A stretch of 64,000 bases of DNA from Candidatus Aminicenantes bacterium (GTDB taxonomy: Bacteria; Acidobacteriota; Aminicenantia; Aminicenantales; UBA8522): contig CAVXUH010000007.1 in assembly GCA_963764885.1 (NCBI GenBank), positions 749,066 to 813,065 of the forward strand. The letters run 5' to 3'. The notes beneath the pieces are model-generated. The model was given only the letters and a program-made list of their open reading frames with translations, ran no database searches and had not been told where the DNA came from. A program made the translations under genes and the position numbers. Shown piece after piece: positions 8,056 through 17,535 of the stretch (the stretch's first letter is position 1; every line of letters begins with the position of its first letter).

Positions 8056-8085
8056 TTGACAGTGCCTGCCCAAATTACATAAAAT
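8056..8085 (+). promoter_or_regulatory. Sigma70-type promoter for tRNA-Val/thrS
   Basis: TTGACA-N18-TAAAAT about 21 nt upstream of the tRNA. Confidence 0.65.
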
Positions 8086-8106
8086 ACCTCCCGTTCCGGC
8101 AGAGAT

Positions 8107-8181
8107 AGGCGCGTGGCTCAGTGGTAGAGCGCTTCCTTGACGCGGAAGAGGCCGTGGGTTCGATTCCCTCCGCGCCTACCA
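8107..8181 (+). tRNA. tRNA-Val(GAC)
   Basis: Acceptor stem AGGCGCG/CGCGCCT, D arm GCTCAGTGGTAGAGC, anticodon arm CTTCC-TTGACGC-GGAAG, GTTCGATTC T loop, encoded CCA. Confidence 0.97.
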
Positions 8182-8262
8182 TCGAAGTAGGAGACTGTAT
8201 TCAATAGGACGTGAAGTCGAGCGGCGGATTGTCCTTCCTCCCTGTTGAATACCCTTATATAA

Positions 8263-10200
8263 ATGTCAGAATCGATTGAAGTCATCGTTGACGGGTCTGC
8301 ACTCGTCGTGGAGAAGGGCGCTTCCCTCAAAGAGGCCATCGCTCTGCTCCATCTCGAAAAAAAGCCGGTGCTGGCCAGGCTCGAAGGGGAGATCGTCGGC
8401 CTGGGCGCGCCCATCCAGAACAGCGGCCCTGTCCACCTCGTCTTCCCGGACACCGACGAGGGCCTCGACATCCTCCGGCACAGCGCCTCCCATCTTCTGG
8501 CGCACGCCGTCCTGGAGCTCTTTCCCGGAACTCAGGCCGGCATCGGCCCGGCGGTCGAGAACGGCTTCTATTACGATTTCCTGAGGGAGACCCCCTTTAC
8601 CCCGCAGGACCTCGAGGCCATCGAGAAAAAGATGCGGGAGATCGCCTCCCGGAATGTCCCGATCCAGAAAAGCTCCCAGGCCAAGGCCGAGGCCGTCCGC
8701 ATCTTCGGGGACCTGGGCCAGAAGCTCAAGGTCGAGCTCATCCAGGAGAAGGGTGGCGAATCGGTCACGACTTACCGCCAGGGAAGCTTCATCGACTTCT
8801 GCCTGGGTCCGCACGTCCCGTCGACCGGCTACATTCAAAACGTCAAGCTGCTCTCCGTCTCGGGCGCTTACTGGAAAGGCGACGAGCGGGGCCAGCAGCT
8901 CCAGCGGATCTACGGCACCGCCTTCTACGACAAGCACCAACTCAAGGATTACCTGGCCTTCATCGAGGAGGCCAAGAAACGGGACCATCGCCGCCTGGGC
9001 GTCGACCTCGACCTTTACAGCTCGAACGAAGAGGTCGGCGGCGGGCTGATCCTCTGGCACCCCAAGGGCGCCCGGACCCGGGCCGTCATCGAGGACTACT
9101 GGCGCCAGCGCCACTGGGACGGCGGCTACGATATCCTCTACACCCCGCATATCGGCCGGGAGCGCCTCTGGCAGGTGTCGGGCCACCTGGGCTTTTATAA
9201 GGAATCGATGTACTCGCCCATGGACATCGAGGGCCAGAACTACTATCTCAAGCCGATGAACTGTCCGTTTCACATCGAGATCTACAAAACCAGAATGCGC
9301 TCCTATCGCGACCTGCCCCTGCGCTGGGCGGAGCTGGGCACGGTCTATCGCTACGAGCGGAGCGGCACCCTCCACGGGCTCCTGCGGGTCCGCGGCTTCA
9401 CCCAGGACGACGCCCACATCTTCTGCACCCCCGAGCAGATCGACGACGAGATCCTGCGCGTGCTGGATTTCTCGATTTCTATCCTGGCCGACTTCGGGTT
9501 CACCGACCTCAAGCTCGAGCTCTCGGTCCGGGACCCGGACAACCTCGTCAAGTACTGCGGGTCCGACGACCGCTGGTGCCAGGCCGAGGCCTCGCTCCTC
9601 AAGGCCCTGGAAGCCCGGCGGCTTCCTTACGAGCGCAAGGAGGGCGAAGCGGTCTTCTACGGCCCCAAGATCGATATCAAAATCAAGGACGCCCTGGGGC
9701 GCCTCTGGCAGTGCACGACCATCCAGTTCGACTTCAACGAGTCGGAAAAGTTCGAGATGACCTACATCGGCGAGGACGGCCAGGCCCACCGCCCGTACAT
9801 GGTGCACCGGGCCCTCCTCGGTTCGCTGGAGCGGTTCTTCGGCATCCTGATCGAGCACTACAAGGGGAATTTTCCGCTGTGGCTGGCCCCGGTCCAGGTC
9901 GTCGTCCTGCCCATCTCGGAGCGGCACGAGCCCTACGCCGTGTCCCTCGAGAAGCTGCTCAAGGAGAACGGCCTCCGCGCCCGGGCGGACCTCCGCCGGG
10001 AGAAGGTCGGCTACAAGATCCGGGACGCCGAGGGCCAGAAAATCCCCGTCATCCTGGTCGCCGGCGACCGCGAGACGGCCAACGGCACGGCCGCCTTGAG
10101 GGTCCACACTCAAGGAGATAAGGGTGAGGTCGTGGTGGCCGAGTTTATCGCCAAGCTCAAGACATTGAATGACAATAGAGCCCTGGAGCTCGACTTTTAA
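8263..10200 (+). CDS. thrS: Threonine--tRNA ligase
   Basis: TGS-like N-terminus, RHSASH, KPMNCP, RYERSGTLHGLLRVRGFTQDDAH and MVHRALLGSLERF motifs. Confidence 0.97.
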   Translation: MSESIEVIVDGSALVVEKGASLKEAIALLHLEKKPVLARLEGEIVGLGAPIQNSGPVHLVFPDTDEGLDILRHSASHLLAHAVLELFPGTQAGIGPAVENGFYYDFLRETPFTPQDLEAIEKKMREIASRNVPIQKSSQAKAEAVRIFGDLGQKLKVELIQEKGGESVTTYRQGSFIDFCLGPHVPSTGYIQNVKLLSVSGAYWKGDERGQQLQRIYGTAFYDKHQLKDYLAFIEEAKKRDHRRLGVDLDLYSSNEEVGGGLILWHPKGARTRAVIEDYWRQRHWDGGYDILYTPHIGRERLWQVSGHLGFYKESMYSPMDIEGQNYYLKPMNCPFHIEIYKTRMRSYRDLPLRWAELGTVYRYERSGTLHGLLRVRGFTQDDAHIFCTPEQIDDEILRVLDFSISILADFGFTDLKLELSVRDPDNLVKYCGSDDRWCQAEASLLKALEARRLPYERKEGEAVFYGPKIDIKIKDALGRLWQCTTIQFDFNESEKFEMTYIGEDGQAHRPYMVHRALLGSLERFFGILIEHYKGNFPLWLAPVQVVVLPISERHEPYAVSLEKLLKENGLRARADLRREKVGYKIRDAEGQKIPVILVAGDRETANGTAALRVHTQGDKGEVVVAEFIAKLKTLNDNRALELDF

Positions 10201-10211
10201 GGAGGACGAGC

Positions 10212-10826
10212 ATTTTTAGACGACAGCCTTTCTATCCTGGACCGAAAAAAACGAGGCCGCACCGGACCAACGAGATGATCCACGCCAGAGAGATCCGGGT
10301 GATCGACGAGGACAAGAAACAGATCGGGATCCTGACCCCCGCCGAAGCCCTGAACCTGGCGAGACAGAAGGGACTGGACCTTGTCGAGATCGCGGCGGAG
10401 GCGAACCCGCCCGTCTGCCGGATCATGGATTACGGGAAGTTTCTCTACGAGCTGCACAAGAAGGAGCACGAAGCCAAGCGCCACCAGAAGCTCATCCAGC
10501 TCAAGGAGATCAAGTTCCGGCCGAAGATCAGCATCCATGATTACAGCTTCAAGATGAAGCACGTGAAGCGGTTCCTGGACGAAGGGAACAAGGTCAAGGT
10601 CACCATCATGATCCGCGGCCGGGAAAGGTCGAAGCCGGAGCTCGCTTACAAGCTCATGGACCGGATCCTGGCGGACAGCCAGTCGTTCGGCAAGCAGGAT
10701 GGAGATATGAGGAAACAGGATTGGGCCCTGTCGCTGCAGCTCGTCTCCGCCAAATCGGGAGGAAAAGATGCCAAAGCTAAAGACACACAAGGGAGCCCAG
10801 AAGAGGTTCAAGGTAACATCCAGTAA
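10212..10826 (+). CDS. infC: Translation initiation factor IF-3 (ATT start)
   Basis: PPVCRIMDYGKF and KEIKFRP motifs. In-frame ATT at 10212 lies 6 nt after GGAGG, 21 codons upstream of the ORF-track ATG. Confidence 0.93.
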   Translation: MFRRQPFYPGPKKTRPHRTNEMIHAREIRVIDEDKKQIGILTPAEALNLARQKGLDLVEIAAEANPPVCRIMDYGKFLYELHKKEHEAKRHQKLIQLKEIKFRPKISIHDYSFKMKHVKRFLDEGNKVKVTIMIRGRERSKPELAYKLMDRILADSQSFGKQDGDMRKQDWALSLQLVSAKSGGKDAKAKDTQGSPEEVQGNIQ

Positions 10827-10968
10827 GAAGATCGTTCACAGCAAGGCTTTCCGGAGCCACCTGCTGGCCGCCAAGGATGCCAAGAGGAAGCGGCAGCTGG
10901 GCAAAAGAGTGGTCGTCAGCGGCCCTGACCGGAAGGCCGTCAAGAAAATGCTTCCCTACGAATTCTAG
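10768..10968 (+). CDS. rpmI: 50S ribosomal protein L35
   Basis: [17 protein letters not shown]; infC-rpmI-rplT synteny. Confidence 0.96.
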   Translation: MPKLKTHKGAQKRFKVTSSKKIVHSKAFRSHLLAAKDAKRKRQLGKRVVVSGPDRKAVKKMLPYEF

Positions 10969-10988
10969 GGCGAAGGAAGGAGTCGAAG

Positions 10989-11345
10989 ATGCCGCGCGTC
11001 AAACGTGGAACGAAAAGAAGAGCCCGCCGGGCCAAGTACCTGAAGCAAGCCAAAGGCTACTGGGGAGCCAAGGGGCATAACTACCGGACCGCCAAGGAGG
11101 CCGTCGAGAAATCCCTCCAGTACGCTTATCGCGACCGCCGCGCCAAGAAGAGGGACTTCCGCCGGCTCTGGATCATCCGCATCAAGGCGGCCGCGCTCCA
11201 GCACGGCCTGTCCTACAGCCGGTTCATCAGCGGGTTGAAGAAAGCCCAGATCGAGCTGGACCGCAAGGTCCTGGCCGAGCTGGCCGTCAACGCTCCCCGG
11301 GCGTTCGCCGCCATCATCGAGAAGATCAAGCCCGCCGTCACGTAA
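10989..11345 (+). CDS. rplT: 50S ribosomal protein L20
   Basis: [24 protein letters not shown] and [10 protein letters not shown] motifs. Confidence 0.97.
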   Translation: MPRVKRGTKRRARRAKYLKQAKGYWGAKGHNYRTAKEAVEKSLQYAYRDRRAKKRDFRRLWIIRIKAAALQHGLSYSRFISGLKKAQIELDRKVLAELAVNAPRAFAAIIEKIKPAVT

Positions 11346-11346
11346 G

Positions 11347-12417
11347 ATGAAGACCTTCGAGGGGCGGGTCGCCGAGCTCCGGAGGAAGTTCGAGACGGCG
11401 CTGACCCGGATCCATGATCGGCCGGCGCTCGAGGAGCTCCGCAACGAATTCCTGAGCCGCAAGCGCGGTCTCGTCACCCTGCTCTTCGAAGAGCTCAAGA
11501 ACGTGCCCGCGGAGGACAAGCCGGGGGCGGGCAAGCTCCTGAACGAGTTCAAGAACCAGGTCCAGGAAAAGCTCAAGGAACTCGGGAGCGTTACTGTCAC
11601 GCCGCAGCCGGTGCCCGAGAAAACCCGGGCGTCCCAGCCCGAGGCCTCGGCCGGGCCGTCCGACCCCACGCTTCCCGGCGACGTGGTCCCTTGGGGGGCG
11701 CTCCATCCGCTGACGATCTTCGAGAAGGAGATCGAGGATATTTTCCGGAATATGGGGTTTTCCGTGGCCGAGGGGCCTGAGATCGAGACCGAATACTACA
11801 ATTTCGAGGCCCTGAACTTCCCGCCCCATCATCCCGCCCGGGACGACTGGGACACGCTCTATCTCAGCGACAACCTGCTGCTCCGGACGCACACCTCGCC
11901 CATGCAGATCCGCGTGATGGAAAAGCGCCGGCCGCCCATCCGGATCATCGTGCCCGGCAAGGTCTACCGCCGGGAGGCGATCGACGCCACCCACCTGCCC
12001 ATGTTCTACCAGGTCGAGGGGCTGCTCGTGGATGAGGGGGTGACGTTCGCCCACCTCAAGGGGACGCTCGACTACTTCCTCAGGACGCTCCTGGGCGACA
12101 AGATCGCGATCCGGTTCCGGCCGAGCTTTTTCCCGTTCACCGAACCCTCGGCGGAGGTGGACATCAGCTGCCTCCTGTGCCGGGGCGAGAACGCGGATTG
12201 CCCCGTCTGCGCCGGAACGGGCTGGAAAGAGCTCCTGGGCGCCGGCATGGTCGACCCTCAGGTGCTCAAGAACGTCAACATCGACCCCGAGAAATACTCG
12301 GGCTGGGCGTTCGGGATGGGTATCGAGCGCACGGCGATGTTGAGCTACCAGATCACCCACATGCTGACGTTCTACGACAACGACCTCCGCTTCATCAGGC
12401 AGTTCAACCGAAAATGA
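11347..12417 (+). CDS. pheS: Phenylalanine--tRNA ligase alpha subunit
   Basis: HHPARD, LRTHTS, FRPSFFPFTEPS and AFGMGIER motifs. Confidence 0.97.
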   Translation: MKTFEGRVAELRRKFETALTRIHDRPALEELRNEFLSRKRGLVTLLFEELKNVPAEDKPGAGKLLNEFKNQVQEKLKELGSVTVTPQPVPEKTRASQPEASAGPSDPTLPGDVVPWGALHPLTIFEKEIEDIFRNMGFSVAEGPEIETEYYNFEALNFPPHHPARDDWDTLYLSDNLLLRTHTSPMQIRVMEKRRPPIRIIVPGKVYRREAIDATHLPMFYQVEGLLVDEGVTFAHLKGTLDYFLRTLLGDKIAIRFRPSFFPFTEPSAEVDISCLLCRGENADCPVCAGTGWKELLGAGMVDPQVLKNVNIDPEKYSGWAFGMGIERTAMLSYQITHMLTFYDNDLRFIRQFNRK

Positions 12418-14480
12418 AGATCAGCGTCGATTGGCTCAAGGAATACCTGGACGCCGATGTCTCGCCGCGAACCATCGTCGAGACCCTGGAGCGCATCGGG
12501 CTGATGGTCGAGAGCGAGCAGGACTCCGGGGACGACCGGGTGCTCGACGTCGAGACCTACTCCAACCGCCCCGACACGCTCGGCCACCTGGGAATGGCCC
12601 GCGAACTGGCGGCGGCCCTGGGCGCCTCCCTCAAGCCGCAGTCGTGGCCCCTCACCGAGCTTCCCGTCACCACCCGGGAGCTTGTCGAGGTCCAGGTTTC
12701 GGACGAAGACCTCTGCCCTAGATATTGCGGCCTGGTCGTCAGGGGGGTCCGTGTCGGGGCGTCGCCCGACTGGCTCCGGAAACGACTTTTGGCCATGGGG
12801 CTCAACCCGATCAATAACGTCGTCGACGTGACGAACTACGTCCTTTTCGCCACCTCCCAGCCGATCCACGCTTTCGACCTCCAGAAGCTCGGCGGCGCTA
12901 AGGTCATCGTCCGGCGCGCCAGGAAAGGCGAGCGCCTGCTCTGCCTCGACGGCACGGACCTGGCTCTCCTCCCGGACATGCTGGTCATCGCCGATGATTC
13001 CCGGCCGGTCGCCCTGGCGGGGGTGATCGGCGGGCAGCTGTCCGCAGTCTCCGAAGACACGCAGGACGTCTTTATCGAAAGCGCCTGCTTCGACCCGGTC
13101 TCGGTCCGCCTGACCCGGAAAGCGGCGGGGTTGCAGACCGACGCGTCCTACCGGTTCGAGCGGGGGTCGGACATCGGGTTCCCGCCGCAGGCGGCGCTGA
13201 TGGCCGCTTCCCTCCTGACGCAGTTCGGGGCCAAGTCGACGCAGGGCGTCATCGATATTTACCCCCAGCCGAGGAAGAAGAAGGAAGTCATCCTCCGCCA
13301 CCGCCGCGTCGGCGACCTCCTGGGCGTCGAGATCGGGGAGCCCTTTATCGAAAAAACACTCCAGGACCTCGAGTTCGCCGTGGATACGCAGCAGACCGGC
13401 ACCTGGCGCGCCAAGGTCCCGACCTTCCGCGTCGATATCGACCGCGAAGCGGACCTGATCGAGGAAGTGGCCCGGTTCTTCGGCTATGAGAATATCCCCC
13501 CGGTTGTCCCGCCCCTGGCGATGGTGGGACCGGTCGAAGACAAAAACGCCGCGAGGCTTGACCGGGTCCGACCGGTCCTCCAGCACCACGGGTTCAGCGA
13601 GGTCATCAACCTCAGCTTTTCCGATCCGGCGCGCGAGGCCGTCCTGGAGAACGGGATCCCGCCGGTCGAGATCCGGAACCCGATCTCCGCCAAGGCCTCC
13701 CTGCTGAGGACCAGCCTGCTCGGGGGCCTGGCTGAGGCCACGGCCTGGAACAGGAACCGCGGGCTGGAATCGGTCCACATCTTCGAGATCGGGAACGTCT
13801 ATAGCCGGGACGAGCAGGGCTACCACGAAGGTTCCGTCCTTGGGCTCATGAGCATGGGGTCGATGAGCGAGCCCCACTGGCGCGGGAAAGCCCGGGAGAG
13901 CGACCTCTTCCATATCAAAGGCGCCCTGGAGGCGCTCCTGGGTCAAATCAGGTACGAGCCCTACACCTTCGAGGGTGCGGAGCACCCCTATTTCGAATCG
14001 GGCTCCGGTCTGTCCCTGTCATATAAAGAGCAGCCGGTCGGCCGCTTGGGCATGGTCGCCGCCAGGATCCTGGACTTTTACGGGGTTAAACAGGCCGTCT
14101 GCGCCGCCGAGATCGACCTGGCCCGCCTGTTCGAGAAGCAGCCCCGCCCCTTTGCCTACGTCCCGGTGCCGAGGTTCCCAGCCGTTGTCAGAGACGTCTC
14201 CCTCGTCGTGCCGAAGGCCGTGCCGTATCAGGAATTGAAGAAAGCGATGGAAAAGCTGTCGCTTCCGCTCCTGGAGGGGTTCGAGCTGGTCGACAGGTAT
14301 GCCGGCGAGGGCGTCCCCCAGGATAAGGTCAGCCTGACCTGCAGACTTATTTATCGTCACCCACAGAGGACACTCCTGGCGGAGGAGGTCGAAAAGACCG
14401 AGCAACAAATCCTCAACCAGCTGAAGAGGGTCCTCGGCGCCCAACTCAGAGAAGGAGGCCAAATTGACAACCGAACTTGA
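12414..14480 (+). CDS. pheT: Phenylalanine--tRNA ligase beta subunit (short form lacking the B2 OB domain)
   Basis: ATG 12414 MKISVDWLKEY overlaps the pheS stop; NRPD, INNVVDVTNY, ASYRFERG, DLIEEVAR motifs and C-terminal FDX-ACB domain. Confidence 0.95.
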   Translation: MKISVDWLKEYLDADVSPRTIVETLERIGLMVESEQDSGDDRVLDVETYSNRPDTLGHLGMARELAAALGASLKPQSWPLTELPVTTRELVEVQVSDEDLCPRYCGLVVRGVRVGASPDWLRKRLLAMGLNPINNVVDVTNYVLFATSQPIHAFDLQKLGGAKVIVRRARKGERLLCLDGTDLALLPDMLVIADDSRPVALAGVIGGQLSAVSEDTQDVFIESACFDPVSVRLTRKAAGLQTDASYRFERGSDIGFPPQAALMAASLLTQFGAKSTQGVIDIYPQPRKKKEVILRHRRVGDLLGVEIGEPFIEKTLQDLEFAVDTQQTGTWRAKVPTFRVDIDREADLIEEVARFFGYENIPPVVPPLAMVGPVEDKNAARLDRVRPVLQHHGFSEVINLSFSDPAREAVLENGIPPVEIRNPISAKASLLRTSLLGGLAEATAWNRNRGLESVHIFEIGNVYSRDEQGYHEGSVLGLMSMGSMSEPHWRGKARESDLFHIKGALEALLGQIRYEPYTFEGAEHPYFESGSGLSLSYKEQPVGRLGMVAARILDFYGVKQAVCAAEIDLARLFEKQPRPFAYVPVPRFPAVVRDVSLVVPKAVPYQELKKAMEKLSLPLLEGFELVDRYAGEGVPQDKVSLTCRLIYRHPQRTLLAEEVEKTEQQILNQLKRVLGAQLREGGQIDNRT

Positions 14481-14724
14481 AAGAATTAAGATACTTGAAG
14501 GGAAAATTTCCCAAGTTATTGATTATATTAGCAGACTGACCACCGAAAACGACAAGCTCAAGCAGCAGGTCAAGGAGCTCAAGGCGGGCATCAAGGACTA
14601 CGATGAGCAGGCCCGCAAGACGGCCAAGTGCGAAGAGGAGCTGAAGCGCTGCGAGGGCGAGAGGGAAGCCATCAGAGGAAAGGTCGAAGCGATCATCGGT
14701 CAGATCGATAAACTTGGAATATGA
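14464..14724 (+). CDS. zapB: Coiled-coil cell division protein, ZapB-like
   Basis: 86-aa heptad-rich protein between pheT and zapA; TTG start with GGAGG RBS. Confidence 0.7.
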   Translation: MTTELERIKILEGKISQVIDYISRLTTENDKLKQQVKELKAGIKDYDEQARKTAKCEEELKRCEGEREAIRGKVEAIIGQIDKLGI

Positions 14725-15047
14725 TCGATCGCATCGTCGAAATCGAGATCTACGGACAGAAGTACCGGATCCGGGTCAAAGGAGAAGAGGACGAAAAGTA
14801 CATCAATCACTTGACGTCCTACGTAGATCAAAAGATGCACGAGGTCGCCGTCAAATCCAAGTCCGCGGACATGCTGAAAATCGCCGTCCTCGCGGCGTTG
14901 AATATAGCCGATGAGTTCTTTCTTTCACAGAAGAAGCTGGATCAACTGAACGAAGTCATCGGAGTCATGGAGAGTGAAATCGGGAGTTTAGAAGATAACC
15001 TTTTGAAGCAGGAAAAGAACTACGATGATGTGGAAAAGGCTCCTTAG
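14721..15047 (+). CDS. zapA: Cell division protein ZapA
   Basis: IEIYGQKYRI, YVDQKM and AVLAALNIADE motifs. Confidence 0.92.
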   Translation: MIDRIVEIEIYGQKYRIRVKGEEDEKYINHLTSYVDQKMHEVAVKSKSADMLKIAVLAALNIADEFFLSQKKLDQLNEVIGVMESEIGSLEDNLLKQEKNYDDVEKAP

Positions 15048-15135
15048 AGCACGCGCCCGCCGGGTTCGATCCGTCTCGACCGTCTTGAGAGCCCCGGGCC
15101 TCGCGTGAATTTCTGACCTGCGCCCCCCCTTTCCT
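15032..15135 (+). ncRNA. Candidate compact 6S-like or other structured RNA
   Basis: Occupies the zapA-rny position where ssrS often lies. Long imperfect hairpin CACGCG..CCGGG..CCCGG..CGCGTG with possible outer GGAAAAGG/CCTTTCC stem. Much shorter than typical 6S RNA. Confidence 0.3.
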
Positions 15136-15167
15136 CTCCGCCGGAACTCCGTGCAGGAGGTATAGAT

Positions 15168-16739
15168 ATGAATTGGAATCAGACCACCATCATCCTGGCC
15201 GTCATCGCCCTGGTCCTCTGGGTGGGCGGTGTCGTCTTTTACCTGTTGAGGAAGCGCCAGGGAACGCAGGCGCTGTTCAAGGCGCGGGAAGAGGCCAGGA
15301 CCCTGCTCGAGCAGGCCAAATCCGAAGCCGACGAGCTCTCCCAGAAATCCGCCGCGGAGATCCGGGAGAAGTCCCGGAATTTCGAGGAGACGTTCGACCG
15401 CCAGACGCGGGAGCGGCGCAACAAGATCAACGAGATGGAGCGGCGGCTCGTCAACAAGGAAGAGAACCTCGACCGGCGGTTCCGGGCCCTGGAGAACCGG
15501 GAGAGGGACACCGTCGGCAGGGAGAAGCGCGTCTTCCAGCGGGAGAAGGAGATCGACCTCCAGGAACAGAAGGCCAACGAGCTGGTCAAGAAACAGACCG
15601 AAGAGCTCGAAAGAATCTCGGGGTTGACGGTCGAGGAGGCCAAGGGCCAGCTCATCAAGAAAATCGAGGACGAGGCCCGGCTCGAGGCGGTCCAGAGCGT
15701 CCGGCGCATCGAGGAGGAGACCCGGGAAAAAAGCCAGGGGCTGGCCCAGGAGATCATCAGCCAGGCCATCCAGCGGTCGGCCGCCGAGCACGTCGTTGAA
15801 TCGACGGTGTCGGTCGTGGACCTGCCCTCCGAAGACATGAAGGGCCGGATCATCGGGCGCGAGGGCCGGAACATCCGGGCCTTGGAGCTCGCCACCGGGG
15901 TGGATATCATCGTCGACGACACCCCCGAGGCCGTGCTGCTTTCGAGCTTCGACCCGATCCGCCGGGAAATGGCCCGGCTGTCCATCCAGAAGCTCGTCCA
16001 GGACGGGCGCATCCACCCGGCGCGGATCGAGGAGATCGTCGAGAAGGTCAAGAACGAGCTCGACGAGAAGATCAAGCAGGAGGGCGAATCGGTCGCGCTC
16101 GAGCTCCGCGTGCAGAACATCCATCCCGAGCTGATCAAGCTCCTCGGACGTCTGAAGTACCGTACGAGCTACGGCCAGAACGTGCTCCAGCACTCGAAAG
16201 AGGTGGCCCTGCTGTCCGCGCTGATGGCCAGGGAGCTGGGTGTTGATGTCCAGGTGTCGCTCCGGGCGGGGCTGCTGCACGACATCGGCAAGGCGGTTGA
16301 CAAAGAGGTGGAGGGAACGCACACCGAGCTCAGCGTCGAGCTCGTCAAAAAGTACGGCGAATCGACGGCGGTGGCGCAGGCCATCGCCTCCCACCACCGG
16401 GACATCGATTTCCCGTCGGTCGAGGCCGTCCTCGTCCAGTCGGCGGACACGCTGTCCGCGGCGCGGCCGGGCGCCAGGCGCGAGCTCCTCGAGAACTACG
16501 TCAAACGGCTGGAGAAGCTCGAGGGTCTGGCCCATTCCTTCGACGGCGTAGCCAAGGCTTACGCTTTGCAGGCGGGCCGGGAGATCCGGATCATCGTCGA
16601 AAGCCAGAAGGTCTCGGACGACCGCGCCGCCCTGATCGCCAAGGACATCGCCCAGAAGATCAAGGATGAGCTCGATTATCCCGGCCAGATCAAGGTCACG
16701 GTCATCCGCGAGATGAGGGCCGTCGAATATGCCCGGTAA
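15168..16739 (+). CDS. rny: Ribonuclease Y
   Basis: N-terminal TM and coiled coil, KH domain ([14 protein letters not shown]), HD domain (LLHDIGK), ARPGARRE and [12 protein letters not shown]. Confidence 0.97.
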   Translation: MNWNQTTIILAVIALVLWVGGVVFYLLRKRQGTQALFKAREEARTLLEQAKSEADELSQKSAAEIREKSRNFEETFDRQTRERRNKINEMERRLVNKEENLDRRFRALENRERDTVGREKRVFQREKEIDLQEQKANELVKKQTEELERISGLTVEEAKGQLIKKIEDEARLEAVQSVRRIEEETREKSQGLAQEIISQAIQRSAAEHVVESTVSVVDLPSEDMKGRIIGREGRNIRALELATGVDIIVDDTPEAVLLSSFDPIRREMARLSIQKLVQDGRIHPARIEEIVEKVKNELDEKIKQEGESVALELRVQNIHPELIKLLGRLKYRTSYGQNVLQHSKEVALLSALMARELGVDVQVSLRAGLLHDIGKAVDKEVEGTHTELSVELVKKYGESTAVAQAIASHHRDIDFPSVEAVLVQSADTLSAARPGARRELLENYVKRLEKLEGLAHSFDGVAKAYALQAGREIRIIVESQKVSDDRAALIAKDIAQKIKDELDYPGQIKVTVIREMRAVEYAR

Positions 16740-17535
16740 GCTGGGCTTTATTTTCATCGGGGACATCATCGGCCGTCCGGGTCGGCGCGCCCTGGGTCGG
16801 TTCCTGCCCCGGCTGATCGACAAGTACTCCCCGGCATTTGTCGTCGCCAATGCCGAGAACGCGGCCGGCGGGTCGGGCATCACCGTGGATATCGCCTCCG
16901 ATCTTCTCGAGCGCCTGGACGTCCTGACGTCGGGGAATCATATCTGGGACAAGAAGGAGGCGATCCCCCTCCTGGATCGCGAGCCGCGTCTGCTCCGTCC
17001 CTACAACTATCCGCAGGGAAATCCCGGCCGGGGCTCGTACGTGCTCGAAAAGAACGGCTGGAAGGCGGGCGTCCTGAACCTCCAGGGCCGCGTCTTCATG
17101 GAGGCCCTGGACTGCCCGTTCCGGGCCGCCGACGAGGCCGTCGAGAAGCTGCGCGCCGTGACGCCCGTCATCCTTGTCGATTTTCACGCCGAGGCCACCT
17201 CGGAAAAACAAGCGATGGGCTGGCATCTCGACGGCCGGGTATCCGCCGTTGTCGGCACCCATACCCACGTGCCCACCGCCGATGAGCGGATCCTTCCCCG
17301 GGGGACGGCCTATATCACGGATGTCGGGATGGCCAGCGGCTACAACTCCGTGATCGGCATCCAGAGGAGCCAGGCCCTGGCCCGGTTCACCACGGCCCGC
17401 CCGCAGCGGTTCGAACCCGAGAGATCGGGCGCCTTTCTGTCCGCGGTCTTCGTCGAGGCGGACGCGGCGACCGGCCGGGCGCTGTCCATCCACAGGGAAA
17501 TCTATTTCGAGGATAGCGGGGAGGTCGTTGAATAG
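16729..17535 (+). CDS. ymdB: TIGR00282/YmdB-family metallophosphoesterase
   Basis: [31 protein letters not shown] and GTHTHV motifs; follows rny. Confidence 0.92.
   Translation: MPGKLGFIFIGDIIGRPGRRALGRFLPRLIDKYSPAFVVANAENAAGGSGITVDIASDLLERLDVLTSGNHIWDKKEAIPLLDREPRLLRPYNYPQGNPGRGSYVLEKNGWKAGVLNLQGRVFMEALDCPFRAADEAVEKLRAVTPVILVDFHAEATSEKQAMGWHLDGRVSAVVGTHTHVPTADERILPRGTAYITDVGMASGYNSVIGIQRSQALARFTTARPQRFEPERSGAFLSAVFVEADAATGRALSIHREIYFEDSGEVVE

Noticed and set aside
8107-8262. tRNA-Val as an integration site, or a T-box upstream of thrS
   Set aside because: No integrase or duplicated tRNA 3' end was seen, and the ~80-nt spacer has no T-box motif.
8118-8471. 117-aa minus-strand ORF overlapping the tRNA
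   Set aside because: Antisense to tRNA-Val and thrS; spurious.
12168-12225. CxxC..CxxC insert in PheS
   Set aside because: Common zinc-binding insertion in many bacterial PheS proteins; not unusual.
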